NCBI GenBank assembly: GCA_963822945.1
Contig: CAWGJO010000027.1
Location: 227,728 to 291,727, forward strand
DNA from: an uncultured Gemmatimonadaceae bacterium
GTDB lineage: Bacteria > Gemmatimonadota > Gemmatimonadetes > Gemmatimonadales > Gemmatimonadaceae
DNA length: 64,000 bases
Reading direction: 5' to 3'
The position numbers and the translations under genes were made by a program. This document shows, one piece after another, positions 42,835 through 53,274 of the stretch; the stretch's first letter is position 1; every line of letters begins with the position of its first letter. A model generated the notes under the pieces. The model had not been told where the DNA came from, made no database searches, and saw only the letters and a list, made by a program, of their open reading frames with translations.

Positions 42835-43686
42835 TCAATAGAACGGCTCCACCTCCTCCTGCGCCGCCGCCCATAACGCCAGAATCACGCTGATCCCCAC
42901 GATCGCCCGCTTCTCGTCGAGCGTGTGGATCACCAGACCGTAGGTGTCGGCCACGAAGTGCATGTTCCGGAGCACCCGCGCTGCGGCATCACGCTTCACC
43001 TCGCCGTGCCAGAACTCCACCTGGTCGAGTATCATCGCCTGGTACCGACGGAAGAACTCGCCCATCGACACCACGCGCGCGCTCAGCGCCGTGCGCGGCC
43101 GGCAGATCGCGAGGAGATCGGCGAGATAGTCGTCCCAGTGCTCCGCCAGGCGACGGTGCTCGCGCTTTCGCAGGTAGCGCGCCCGGGCCAGCGAGAACCG
43201 CGCCCGCGTGTGGACGCGGACGCGCGGAACTACGGGGTACAGATCGTAGATGGTGGCGACGTACCGCTTGTCGTGCTCGTCCTGCTCGTGGTACGCCCAG
43301 ATGCCGCGCAGTTGACGCCAACTGTAGATCGTCAACACCGCCGAGTCTTCGCTGTCGAGAACGATGAACTTGCCCGCCTCCGCCTTGACGACGGTGACCC
43401 AGTGCGCCCACTCCCGGACGCAGAGCAGACACGGGTGGCCGCTCCGCAGGTGGCGCAGCAGCTCGCGGCGCGCCAGTTCGGACTGGTGACGCCGGATCGG
43501 CGTCAGGTCACAGTGAAACCGACGCGCCGCCCTGCGCAGCTGGCGCTCGTCCGTCCCCTCTCCCGGGTCCGTCCCCGCGATCTCGGTGATGACCCCCTCC
43601 GGTGCGAAGATGCCGAGGGTCACCAGGGCGTGCTTGAGCGCGAAGGGTCCGCATTGCCAGCGGTTGGGTTGTGGGTAGAGACCCAT
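42835..43686 (-). CDS. C39-like papain-fold cysteine peptidase
   Basis: QPNRWQCGP, HWVTV, IVLDS catalytic pattern. Confidence 0.7.
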   Translation of the reverse strand: MGLYPQPNRWQCGPFALKHALVTLGIFAPEGVITEIAGTDPGEGTDERQLRRAARRFHCDLTPIRRHQSELARRELLRHLRSGHPCLLCVREWAHWVTVVKAEAGKFIVLDSEDSAVLTIYSWRQLRGIWAYHEQDEHDKRYVATIYDLYPVVPRVRVHTRARFSLARARYLRKREHRRLAEHWDDYLADLLAICRPRTALSARVVSMGEFFRRYQAMILDQVEFWHGEVKRDAAARVLRNMHFVADTYGLVIHTLDEKRAIVGISVILALWAAAQEEVEPFY

Positions 43687-43738
43687 TCGGTTGTGGACGT
43701 GAGGAAGCGGACCGCCGGGGGAATGAACATATTACCCC

Positions 43739-44863
43739 ATGGCTGATACACCCGCGACCCCGACGGCTGTGCCCGCCCCGACCGTGGCGATCATATTCAA
43801 CCACGTCGGCGTCGACGAGTACGTTGCGCTCAAACAGGTGGACCCGGCCAGCCTCGACTTCACGCCCGAATACCCGATCGACGTCGCCACCGTGCTCGAG
43901 GAATACGAGGCGATCCGCGACGCGCTGAACGAGGTCGGCTGCCGGGCCGAGCTGTTCAACATGGAGGACGACGTCGACAAGCTGATCGCGTACCTGCGAC
44001 AGCGCCGGCCCGATGTCGTCTTCAACCTCGTCGAGTACGTGCGCGACGAGTCGGGGCTGGAAGTGGCCGTGGCCGGCCTCTACGAGCTGCTCCAGATTCC
44101 GTATACCGGCGCCGGTCCGCTCGCCCTCGGCCTCTGCCAACGGAAGGGCACCACCAAGCAGCTGCTGCTGGCCAACGGTGTGCGGACGCCGCGCTACCGC
44201 CTGCTCAACGGGCCGACGCTGCGGCGGCGGCATGGGCTGCACTTTCCGATGATCGTCAAGCCGTCGCGCGAGGACGCGAGCACCGGAGTGGAGACCGACT
44301 CGGTGGTCTACGAGTCGGAGAAGCTCCACGAGCGGATCGCGTACTGCTACGAGGAGTACGGCGCGCCCGTGCTCGTCGAGGAGTTCATCGAAGGGCGCGA
44401 GCTGCACATCTCCATATTGGGCAACGACCCGCCCGTCGCGCTGCCCCTCCTCGAGTACGAGCTGTCGGGGCTGCCGGCGCACCTGCCGCGGATCATCAGC
44501 TACGCCAGCAAGTGGGATCCGCTGCAGGAGGAGTACCACCACGTGCACAGCATCTGTCCCGCGAAGGTGACCCGGGCCGTGGCGCGCCGCGCGAAGGACG
44601 CCGCGCTGGCCGCCTATCAACTCACCAGCTGCCGGGACTACGCGCGCATCGACGCGCGGCTGTCGAAGGACGGGAAGGTCTACATCCTCGAGGTCAACCC
44701 GAACCCGGACCTCACCGAGGATGTGTCGTTCATGGAATCCGCGGCGGCGGCGGGGATGACGTTCGGCCAGACGCTCAGGTCGATCGTGGACATGGCGCTG
44801 GCCCGGCGGCCGGAGCCGTCCACCGATGAGGGGTCGGCGGAGGCGCCCGGGCCCCCTCCCTGA
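43739..44863 (+). CDS. D-Ala-D-Ala ligase-like ATP-grasp protein
   Basis: DVVFNLVE, IPYTG, IVKPSREDAS, VEEFIEGRE, DYARIDAR, LEVNPNP. Confidence 0.88.
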   Translation: MADTPATPTAVPAPTVAIIFNHVGVDEYVALKQVDPASLDFTPEYPIDVATVLEEYEAIRDALNEVGCRAELFNMEDDVDKLIAYLRQRRPDVVFNLVEYVRDESGLEVAVAGLYELLQIPYTGAGPLALGLCQRKGTTKQLLLANGVRTPRYRLLNGPTLRRRHGLHFPMIVKPSREDASTGVETDSVVYESEKLHERIAYCYEEYGAPVLVEEFIEGRELHISILGNDPPVALPLLEYELSGLPAHLPRIISYASKWDPLQEEYHHVHSICPAKVTRAVARRAKDAALAAYQLTSCRDYARIDARLSKDGKVYILEVNPNPDLTEDVSFMESAAAAGMTFGQTLRSIVDMALARRPEPSTDEGSAEAPGPPP

Positions 44864-45112
44864 ACGTTGGACCAGCCCGATCGACAGATTGATGGAGAAA
44901 TTGTCCGGCCCTTCTCTTCCGAGCGTCTGGCCTCGCCTCGAGTCCCTGTCAGTACGTGCCGCCCGCTGGACCAGTGTTCAGGGACCCGGGCCGGAGATTC
45001 AAGTTTCAATCCCTGACTGGCACCATTTCCGGGGGCGCGTTACGATTGGAGCGCCCCCTCATCGAATCGGGCGATGCCGGCCCCCGCCTTGCATTCCCGT
45101 GATCGTGCAACC

Positions 45113-48007
45113 ATGCGATCCTTCCTCCCCGTTGCTGCCGCGCTCGTCACCGCAGTCACCCTCACGTCGTGTGGCGGCGACAGCACCTCTCCGCCGACGC
45201 CCCGCCCGACGTCGATCACGTTCGAGATCCCGCCACCGACCTCCTTGGACGCGCTGGGAGACACGGTGCAGCTCATGCCCACCGTGCGCGATCAGAACGG
45301 AAACGTCATCGACCGGCACCTCACCTGGACGTCGGATGCGGAATCGGTGGTGACGGTGTCGCTCCACGGCGAGGTGGCCTCGGTGGCAAATGGCGTCGCG
45401 CACGTGACGGGCACGGTCGGCGCCATCTCGACGGAGCTGACGTTCACGGTCGCGCAGGTGCCCATCTACATGGTCGCCATGAGCGGCGACTCCCAGACGA
45501 CCGCCCTGAATACGCCGCTCAGCCAACCACTCGTCGTTCACGTCACAGACCGGCTCTACCACCCCGTCCCATCGACGGTCGTATCGTTTTCGATTTTTGC
45601 GGGCGGCGGAACGCTCGCCGCAGCCGCCGATACCACCGATTCCTCCGGCACCGCCATGGACCGCTGGACCTCGGGCACGAAGGCAGGCGAGGCGATCATC
45701 CAGGTATCCCAGCGCCCCGGCGCCGCCCTTCGGTTCACCGAAACCGTGACGCCGGGCCCGGCGAACGCGGTGGTCGCGGGCGCGGGCGACCGGCAGACCG
45801 CGTTTCCCTCGGCGCCGCTCGCGGATTCCGTGGCGGCACAAGTCGTGGATGCCTACGGTAATCCGGTATCGGGCATCGGCGTCGACTTCAAGGTCGCCAC
45901 GGGAGGCGGCTCGGTCAGCCCGGCGTCGGCGACGTCAGGCCCCGACGGAAACGCATGGACGCACTGGACCCTGGGCTCGACGACCGGCGCGCAAACGCTG
46001 CAGGCGAGCGCCCCGGGGCTGACCACCGCGCCGGCGACGATCTCGGCGACGGCGTCGAATCTCCGGATCCTGGCCGTCGCGCCCGATACGCTCGTCGAGG
46101 GGAACACGGCCACGATATCGGGGCAGGACTTCGATCCCGTGGCGGCGAACGACGTCGTGGTCATCGACGGCGATACGGCGATCATCACCGCGGCAACGAC
46201 GACCCAGCTCACGGTGACGGTGCCCACGTTCGACTGCAAGCCGTCTCGTGTGGTGAACGTCGGCGTCACGGCCGGCGCGGCCACCGCGGTTCCGGCCGCG
46301 GCTCCCCTGCGCCCGGCGTCGTACCTGTCGGTGGGCGTCGGCCAGCAGGTCATCGTTCGTCCGCCGTCGAATCTCTGCCTGCAGTTCGCCGCCAGCGCGA
46401 CGAGCGGCGAGAGCTTCCTGATCGGCGTGGGCGCCGCTGCCGAGTCACCGGGAGCGCTCAACACGGTGGTGCTCTCCGGGGCCACGGGGCTGAGCGCATC
46501 GGCTTCGCGCTTCGCCGCTACGTCGCTGAGCGGAGCCCCGGTGTCCGCCGGCGCTCCGATCTCGCCGACTCCCCTGCAGCAGGAGGTCGCCGCGCGGTGG
46601 GAGCGTCAGTATCAGTCCGAGGCGCGGCTGCGCGCCCTCGAAGCGCCGATGCTGCGGCGCCTGCAATCTCAACGCCGGCCGTCGATGACTACGATTCCCG
46701 GCATCAGCGCGGCGCCGGTCGTTCCCGATTCGGGCGCCCATGTGACCTACCGCGTGCCCCAGGGCCCCGATAATCTCTGCACGCAGTACGCGCAGATCGG
46801 TGGCGTGGTCAAGTACGTCGGCAAGTCGGGCATCTGGGTCTCCGACACGGCGAACCCGAACAACGCCAGTTCGCTCACCGACGCCGAGATCAAGGGCTAC
46901 AGCGACACGCTGGACGCGAAGATCTTCGCCGTCGACACCTCGTATTTCGGCGCGCCGAGCGACATCGACAACAATGGCCGCATCGTGATCATCCTCAGCG
47001 TGCAGGTGAACAAGGTGCTGGGCGGCGGCGTGGCGGGGTTCGTGTTCAGCGGGGACCTGTTCCCGCGCTCCCTGTGCGCGTCCAGCGACGCGGGCGAGAT
47101 CTTCTACGGCCAGGTCCCGGACCCCGACAACATTTCGGGCACCGGCGCGCGCAGCAAAGCGGCCGTCACGTTCCAGATGCCGTCGCTCATCGCCCACGAA
47201 TTCACGCACGACATCCAGTTCTCCCGCCGGTTCATCGTCAGCCCCACCGCCGCCACCAACGTGAGCATGAATTCGTGGGAAGCCGAGGGACAGGCGATGT
47301 TCGCCCAGAATGCGGTGGGCGACGCCGTGCTCGGCTACACGTCCGGCGCCAACAACGGCTGGGTCGTGGCCCACACCGGGCAGGACGATCGCTGGTACGG
47401 ACAGGGCTTCGACCTCCTCGCGTCGTACTTCGGGTTCGCCTACACATCGGTGGCCAAGAACGACAACGCGCCGGAGCAGTGTACCCTGTTCGGCGGAGTC
47501 ACGTCGGCCTGTTACGCCGGTGCGTTCTACGGCGCGGCCTATTCCTTCGAGAAGTACGTCACCGACCGATACGCGGCGACGTATCCCGGAGGAGAGAAGG
47601 GGCTCCACCGCGACATCATCGACAAGAATCCGGGGCTCGCAGGCGCTGCCAATTGGACAACGACGGTAGGATTCGATTTCGACAGCGTGTTCGCCCAGTG
47701 GGGGGCGATGCTCTACATGGACGACCGCGTGCCGGGTCTCGCGCCGGAACTGCAGTTCCCGAGCTGGAACCTGGCCAACATCTTCAGTGCCAGTGGCTAC
47801 AACAACAGCATTGCGTATCTGACGCCCTATCAGCAGGGCTGGTCCGATTTCTCGATGACGAAGAGCCTCCGCGATGGCAGCACGCTCTACACCGTGTTGT
47901 CCGCCGGCGGCCCCCACGGACCGCTTGCGGTGAAGGTACGCGGCCCACTGGGCGCCGTCCTCTCGAGCGGCGATCATCCGCTGTTCTGGGTGGTGCGCAT
48001 CCAATGA
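45113..48007 (+). CDS. Surface lipoprotein with Ig-like/IPT domains and C-terminal zinc metallopeptidase-like domain
   Basis: LTSC lipobox; GDSQT/VVDAYGNPV Ig repeats; SDIDNNGRI, IAHEFTH, WEAEG. Confidence 0.8.
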   Translation: MRSFLPVAAALVTAVTLTSCGGDSTSPPTPRPTSITFEIPPPTSLDALGDTVQLMPTVRDQNGNVIDRHLTWTSDAESVVTVSLHGEVASVANGVAHVTGTVGAISTELTFTVAQVPIYMVAMSGDSQTTALNTPLSQPLVVHVTDRLYHPVPSTVVSFSIFAGGGTLAAAADTTDSSGTAMDRWTSGTKAGEAIIQVSQRPGAALRFTETVTPGPANAVVAGAGDRQTAFPSAPLADSVAAQVVDAYGNPVSGIGVDFKVATGGGSVSPASATSGPDGNAWTHWTLGSTTGAQTLQASAPGLTTAPATISATASNLRILAVAPDTLVEGNTATISGQDFDPVAANDVVVIDGDTAIITAATTTQLTVTVPTFDCKPSRVVNVGVTAGAATAVPAAAPLRPASYLSVGVGQQVIVRPPSNLCLQFAASATSGESFLIGVGAAAESPGALNTVVLSGATGLSASASRFAATSLSGAPVSAGAPISPTPLQQEVAARWERQYQSEARLRALEAPMLRRLQSQRRPSMTTIPGISAAPVVPDSGAHVTYRVPQGPDNLCTQYAQIGGVVKYVGKSGIWVSDTANPNNASSLTDAEIKGYSDTLDAKIFAVDTSYFGAPSDIDNNGRIVIILSVQVNKVLGGGVAGFVFSGDLFPRSLCASSDAGEIFYGQVPDPDNISGTGARSKAAVTFQMPSLIAHEFTHDIQFSRRFIVSPTAATNVSMNSWEAEGQAMFAQNAVGDAVLGYTSGANNGWVVAHTGQDDRWYGQGFDLLASYFGFAYTSVAKNDNAPEQCTLFGGVTSACYAGAFYGAAYSFEKYVTDRYAATYPGGEKGLHRDIIDKNPGLAGAANWTTTVGFDFDSVFAQWGAMLYMDDRVPGLAPELQFPSWNLANIFSASGYNNSIAYLTPYQQGWSDFSMTKSLRDGSTLYTVLSAGGPHGPLAVKVRGPLGAVLSSGDHPLFWVVRIQ

Positions 48008-48540
48008 GACGTGCGATGCTGGCGGCGGGCGTGGCGGCGGTGCTGGCCTGCGCCCACGTGGGCTCGGCCGGTACGCGGGGGGCGGTTTCGCCGCAGACGC
48101 CCGACACCACCGTGCAGGGAATCGTGTACGTGGTGGGCGCCGATCCGTTCACGCACGTGGTGGTGCGCGGCCCGGGCGGCGACGTGGCCGTCACCGGTTC
48201 CCTCGCCGGTGAGCTGCGGGCGCTGAGCGGCGCCGAGGTGCGCGTCGCCGGCCCGCCCTCGGCGCCGTCGATGCCTCCGCCGCAGCGCGCCGTGGACGTG
48301 ACGCATTACACGGTACTGAGCATCAACGGCGCAACGCCCGCGGTGGGCGTGCTGATCGAGCGGAACGGTGCGCTCTGGCTGGCGGGTCGCGATACGGTAC
48401 CGCTCGCCAACGTTCCGCCCGGCTTTGCGGGGAGGCCGGGCGACAAGGTGTTCGTCGTTGGGCCGATGGTGGACGGAAGGCTTTCGGTGTCGACGTACGG
48501 CGTCATCCGGCGAGGCGAGGGCGGCGCTTCGATGCGCTGA
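48004..48540 (+). CDS. Hypothetical lipoprotein
   Basis: ATGA overlap with upstream gene; VLAC lipobox. Confidence 0.7.
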   Translation: MRRAMLAAGVAAVLACAHVGSAGTRGAVSPQTPDTTVQGIVYVVGADPFTHVVVRGPGGDVAVTGSLAGELRALSGAEVRVAGPPSAPSMPPPQRAVDVTHYTVLSINGATPAVGVLIERNGALWLAGRDTVPLANVPPGFAGRPGDKVFVVGPMVDGRLSVSTYGVIRRGEGGASMR

Positions 48541-48610
48541 GGTATCACCGATCGCCATACGGAGTTCGCCGCGTGGCAGCCTGCGTCCGAGGGTTCGATG
48601 CTCCCGTCGC

Positions 48611-48665
48611 CTACCCCATCACCAATCTCCGATACGTCTCCGGGTGCGGCTGATCCGCATTCGGT
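48611..48665 (-). repeat. ettA-tail repeat copy F (short, no arm)
   Basis: PNADQPHPETYRRLVMG*. Confidence 0.8.
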
Positions 48666-48849
48666 TGGGCTCGGAACCGAGCCGGACGCGGCGGACGGAT
48701 ATGGGATGCCCTGGTCGGACTGACTTTCCAGCGCCCAAGCCCCGCTCCGGTGTCGCGTCTCAGCCCGCGTTGATTGCAGTCCCTTCCGGGGTAAGGCAGC
48801 TCCGATCGACCTTTCCACTGATGAGCGCGGTCCACCATTGCTGCGCGAG

Positions 48850-49406
48850 CTCGGTGTGGTCGCGAGCTTGACATCCGCCGGCGCGATCACGCGGCCGCCG
48901 AAGAAGGCGTCGTCCCACTTGGCCAGGTCCTCGGCCGTCGAGACGATCTACCCGGCGCCGAGCGCCCAGGTGGCCATCGGCCGCGAGGACGCGCGGGCGC
49001 CATGGACCCTGGTGTACCCGGTGGCGAAGTCGCTCAGGCCACGCTCGTCCACGAACTTCCCGAGGGAATCGTCCAGCGAGAGCTTGTGCTGCTCGACCAG
49101 CTGCAGGATGGCCGCGGCGGTGAACTGTTTCGTGATCGAGCCGATCTCGACTCGGGTGTCGACGTCGACCGGCTGCATCCCGGTGAGCGACTGGACGCCG
49201 AAGCCCCGGTCGAGCACGATGTGCCCGTTGTGGGACACCAGCACCTGCGCGCCCGGCAGGTGGCCGCTGGTCACCGCGGCTTCGACGGCGGCAATGAGCG
49301 AGTCGGGCGCCGGATCCGGCGCCTGGGCACGCGCAGCTCCGGCGGTAACGACGACGACGGCGGCGAGCGCTCGAGCACTGCCTCGGATCGTGAGCACGAG
49401 GGCCAT
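48850..49406 (-). pseudogene. Serine hydrolase/beta-lactamase-family pseudogene (internal deletion plus nonsense codon)
   Basis: IGSITKQFTA (SxxK), LSLDDSLGKF jumps to ATGY...WALGAG*IVSTAEDLAKWD. Confidence 0.8.
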
Positions 49407-49488
49407 GGTCCTGTGGAGGTATTTTGCAGTTCTACTACCACTCGGCCCGCATCGCAGTCGTCGGATCGGTGCGGTCGGTCCGGGCGCC

Positions 49489-49782
49489 GTACCTCCGCAC
49501 CAACTTCCGATACGTCACCCGGTGCGGCTGATCGGCATCGGGGCCCTTCCGCTTCTTCGGATCTTCTATATAGGAACCGACATTCCCCTCGAACTACGCA
49601 CGCGGAAGCGTGGTTATGGCGGGACCGGCGCAATCTCCATCGGGGAAATCGAGGCCGGCTCTGTAGTTCACCGTTGTCACCACCCCGGCCTCAGGGTAAG
49701 GCCGCTTGTCACGGATTGGACCACACGGCGGCCGGCTACGATCCGGGCTTCGGTGAATCAGCTCATCTGCGTCCCCGCTTTC
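49489..49782 (-). repeat. ettA-tail + long arm repeat copy G
   Basis: *FEGNVGSYIEDPKKRKGPDADQPHRVTYRKLVR; arm alignable to copy H for ~190 bp. Confidence 0.9.
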
Positions 49783-49913
49783 TTCGCTCGCCCGAGTGTC
49801 CGCCCTCGCCTCAGCTCCCTGTCGAAACGCGACTCAGGCTGTGTCGCTCTTCAGGGACCCTGGATTCGGGACCGCGCTGCGCGGCGAGATTCAAATTGGA
49901 GGTATGTGGATAC

Positions 49914-49950
49914 TTGACAGAGTTAGACATCTGGCTAATTATCTAATTAT
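49914..49950 (+). promoter_or_regulatory. Sigma70-like promoter/operator of the sdpR-like operon
   Basis: TTGACA at 49914 followed by AT-rich TTAGAC...TAATTATCTAATT. Confidence 0.5.
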
Positions 49951-49976
49951 CGAAGCTACTTGAACCACAGGAGCGA

Positions 49977-50261
49977 ATGAAGCAGCAGCAAGTCTTCAAG
50001 GCCATGGCCGACCCGACTCGGCGTGCGATCCTCAGGCGTCTGCGCGCCGGTGCGCTAACGGCGGGCGAGATCGGTGAGGCGTTCGACATCACTTCCGCCT
50101 CGCTGTCGCATCACTTCGCCGTGCTCAAGCAGGCCGATTTGGTGCGAACGGAGCGTCGTGGTCAGTTCATCGTCTACTCGCTCAATAGCACCGTGTTGGA
50201 GGACTTGGCACGGATACTTCTGGACATGTTCCCGGGCAAGCCCGGCGCAGGGGGCAAGTGA
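49977..50261 (+). CDS. sdpR: SdpR-like ArsR family autorepressor
   Basis: FKAMADPTRRAIL, LTAGEI, SLSHHFAVLKQADLV, GQFIVYSLNSTV; precedes SdpI-like gene. Confidence 0.85.
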   Translation: MKQQQVFKAMADPTRRAILRRLRAGALTAGEIGEAFDITSASLSHHFAVLKQADLVRTERRGQFIVYSLNSTVLEDLARILLDMFPGKPGAGGK

Positions 50262-50905
50262 TGACGGTCAAGCGCAGTGTGCTGGTGTCGTTGGTCTTCT
50301 TTGTGATTGCCGCGGTCGTGGCGGTGTGGTTGTACCCGCGGCTGCCGGCCCAGGTGGCCGTGCACTGGGATCGCAATGGCCGAGTCAACAATCACATGCC
50401 GCGGCTCTTGGGCGCGGCGTTCCCGGCGCTGCTGATCCTGGCGATCGCGGTGCTGACATGGGTACTGCCGGCGATTTCGCCGCGACACTTTGAGATCAGC
50501 CCGTTCGCCCGGGTTTTCCTGCTGCTCATGCTGGCGACGCAGGCGCTGGTGTTGGTACTGGGTCTGGATACGCTGCTGGCGGCCGCCGGATATGTCGTCC
50601 ACATGCGCGAGATCGGCATGCTTGGCGCGGGCGCCTTGTTCATGATTCTGGGCAATTACATGGGCAAGCTGCGCAAGAACTTCTTCGTCGGCATCCGCTC
50701 ACCGTGGACACTGGCCAGCGACGCGGTGTGGGAGCGTACCCATCGCATGGCCGGTTGGTTGTTCATGGTCGCCGGGCTGTTGGCGGTCGTGCTGATCCTT
50801 GCCGGCAGTCCGCAGTGGCTGACGCTCACGCTGTTCATCGCGGCCGGACTGACGCCGTACGGCTACTCGCTGGTCATTTACAAGCGGATCGAGCGCGACC
50901 ACTGA
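50258..50905 (+). CDS. sdpI: SdpI family membrane protein (DUF1648)
   Basis: LPAQVAVHW..NG, GNYMGK..KNFFVGIRSPWTL...WERTHR. Confidence 0.88.
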   Translation: MMTVKRSVLVSLVFFVIAAVVAVWLYPRLPAQVAVHWDRNGRVNNHMPRLLGAAFPALLILAIAVLTWVLPAISPRHFEISPFARVFLLLMLATQALVLVLGLDTLLAAAGYVVHMREIGMLGAGALFMILGNYMGKLRKNFFVGIRSPWTLASDAVWERTHRMAGWLFMVAGLLAVVLILAGSPQWLTLTLFIAAGLTPYGYSLVIYKRIERDH

Positions 50906-50954
50906 ACAGACATGGCTGGTCGCCCTGTCCGATTTCAGCAATAAGGAAACCGAT

Positions 50955-52286
50955 ATGATTCGCCGAATATGTGGTGTCGCGTTGTTCGCCCTGGCTCTCG
51001 CTCCGTACACGGTTCATGCCGCCGAGGCGCCGCCGGTCTGCCAGACGCAGGCCACGGCCCTTCTGGATGCGTTGGCGCGCCAGGACTACGCACACGCCGA
51101 CACCGGTTTCGACGCCGCGGTCGCGCACGCACTTGGCCCCGCGGCGTTGCAGGCGATGTGGACCAAGTTGCAGCGGCAGTTCGGCCGATACCGCGCCCAC
51201 GGCGCACCGCAAGCGAGGACCATCGCCGGGCAACCGACGGTGGCGACCCGGGTCACATTCGCGAAACGGGACCTTGAGGCGCTGGTGGCCTGCGATGGCG
51301 ACGGCCAAATCAAAGGCTTCCGGCTGGTCCCGGCACCGCCGGCCCGCAGCACGCCTCGCAGCGGACACATCGAGCCCAACGGCGTGCGCGAGGAGCCGGT
51401 AACGGTCAAGTCGCCACTGGGTCCGTTAGCGGGGGAGTTGGTGCTGCCAGCCGGCAACGGTCCGTTCCCCGCCGCGGTGTTGGTGGCCGGTTCGGGTGCG
51501 CACGACATGGACGTGAGCATCGGCCCCAACAAGACGTTTCGGGAAATCGCCATGGACCTGGCGGCGCAGGGAGTCGCCTCGCTGCGCTACGACAAGCGCA
51601 CCTACGACTACGGCCTGGCTGTGGCCGGGGACGCGCACTTCACGATCGACCAGGAAGTCACGGATGACGCGCTGACTGCACTGACCGTGCTTGCGCACCA
51701 GCCACACATCGACGGCAAGCGCCTGTTCGTGATCGGTCGCAGCCTGGGCGCGATGATGGCGCCGCGGATCGGTGAACGCGACCCGGCGTTGGCCGGCCTG
51801 GTCATGCTGGCGGCGCCGGCCCGCCCAACGCTGGCGGTAATCGCACAGCAGGTTCGCGAGCAGGGCAAGTTGGCCGGCGCTACCGACCAGCAGATCGCCC
51901 GTCGCGAGCAGGCCGTCGCCACCGAGCGCGAGTTGCTGGCGCACGCCGATCCGAAGCATCCGCCTGCCGGCAAGTACGCGCATGTACCGCAGAGCTACTG
52001 GTTGAGTCTCCAGCGGTACGACCAGGTCAAGACTGCCGAACGCCTGACGATGCCGATGCTGTTCTTGCAGGGTGGCAGTGACTTCCAGGTCTCGCCGGTC
52101 GCCGATTTCGATCGCTGGCGCACTCTGCTGCGTGGCCACTCGAACGTCGCGTTTCACCTGTATCCGGGTCTGAGCCACCTGTTCACGCCGGCTGGCAAAA
52201 CGGGCACCATCGCCGATTATCAGGCGCCACAACACATCGATGCAAAGGTGATCCGCGATATCGCCACCTGGATCAAGGCGCACTAG
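50955..52286 (+). CDS. Exported alpha/beta hydrolase with DUF3887-like N-terminus
   Basis: GSGAHDMD, LRYDKR, GRSLG nucleophile elbow, QGGSDFQV, GLSHLF. Confidence 0.87.
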   Translation: MIRRICGVALFALALAPYTVHAAEAPPVCQTQATALLDALARQDYAHADTGFDAAVAHALGPAALQAMWTKLQRQFGRYRAHGAPQARTIAGQPTVATRVTFAKRDLEALVACDGDGQIKGFRLVPAPPARSTPRSGHIEPNGVREEPVTVKSPLGPLAGELVLPAGNGPFPAAVLVAGSGAHDMDVSIGPNKTFREIAMDLAAQGVASLRYDKRTYDYGLAVAGDAHFTIDQEVTDDALTALTVLAHQPHIDGKRLFVIGRSLGAMMAPRIGERDPALAGLVMLAAPARPTLAVIAQQVREQGKLAGATDQQIARREQAVATERELLAHADPKHPPAGKYAHVPQSYWLSLQRYDQVKTAERLTMPMLFLQGGSDFQVSPVADFDRWRTLLRGHSNVAFHLYPGLSHLFTPAGKTGTIADYQAPQHIDAKVIRDIATWIKAH

Positions 52287-52528
52287 GAAGACACGGAAGA
52301 GAATCAGCGTCGCGCTGCCGGTGGACTTGCCGCCTCTACATTCACGACGTGGCGCGGCGTCACTGAACGGCGAGCATCATTTCCCGGCACCGGCGTGATC
52401 CTCTCCCCCGACGACGGGCGGGCGCGATCCGAGCCTCGAAAGTGGCCGTGCCCGGCCCGACTTTGCCGCTGCACGACGAGTCGGACCGCCTCGAGGTGAA
52501 CTCGATTTCTGGGGCGCCTGCATGGCAG

Positions 52529-53191
52529 TCACCTCCGCGATCTCGATGGGCTCGCATCCTTCGAACGTCGACTCCCAACCATGGCGTTCTGATCGCGTCC
52601 ATTGGGCTTGGGTTCGAGGTAACGCGAAAGCATCCACACGAGCTCGTCGCGAAAATCCGGGTCCCGCAGCCACTCGGGATGAGTACACACCGCTTCGTCA
52701 ATTGCGCCCAACAACGCACGGCGAGCTGTAAAAACCATCATTTCGGGTCGCCGCGCATCTCGCGCCTTCGTCAACAGCATGGCCGCCACCATCTCGTTCC
52801 GGCCTTGTGCCTCGGGGTCGCGCATACCACGCGGCAGCCTCATCAGCAGCGTCCGGTGGAGCACGGCATTGTCGGCATGTTCAGCAAGCGCCGCATCGAC
52901 GAGTTCGACCAGGAGCTCGGCCAATGGTAGTTCGAGCAATCGTTTCCAGGTCGCGGCGTCGATTTGCGCGGGCTTGCCGACATGTCGCGCCTGCAGCGCG
53001 TCGAGGATTGCTGCCTTATTGGGAAAGTACTGGTAGAGCGATGCGATATTGACACCCGCCCGCTCGGCAATGTGGTTGGTGGTGAAACCCTCGAGACCAC
53101 GCTCGGCCAGAATGTAAGCCGCAGCGTCGAGGATGTATTGGACCGTTTGCTGGGAGCGAGACTGCTTCGGAATCTTACGCACTTGGATCAC
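52529..53191 (-). CDS. TetR/AcrR family regulator
   Basis: PKQSRSQQTV, TTNHIAERAGVNIASLYQYFPNK. Confidence 0.9.
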   Translation of the reverse strand: MIQVRKIPKQSRSQQTVQYILDAAAYILAERGLEGFTTNHIAERAGVNIASLYQYFPNKAAILDALQARHVGKPAQIDAATWKRLLELPLAELLVELVDAALAEHADNAVLHRTLLMRLPRGMRDPEAQGRNEMVAAMLLTKARDARRPEMMVFTARRALLGAIDEAVCTHPEWLRDPDFRDELVWMLSRYLEPKPNGRDQNAMVGSRRSKDASPSRSRR

Positions 53192-53274
53192 TCGATTTGG
53201 CCTGGTGCCCAGGATGTGGCAGGCCTATGCAGAATGCAAGTAGCAAAGCAAGGAAAAGCTTATATTTTTCGTGC

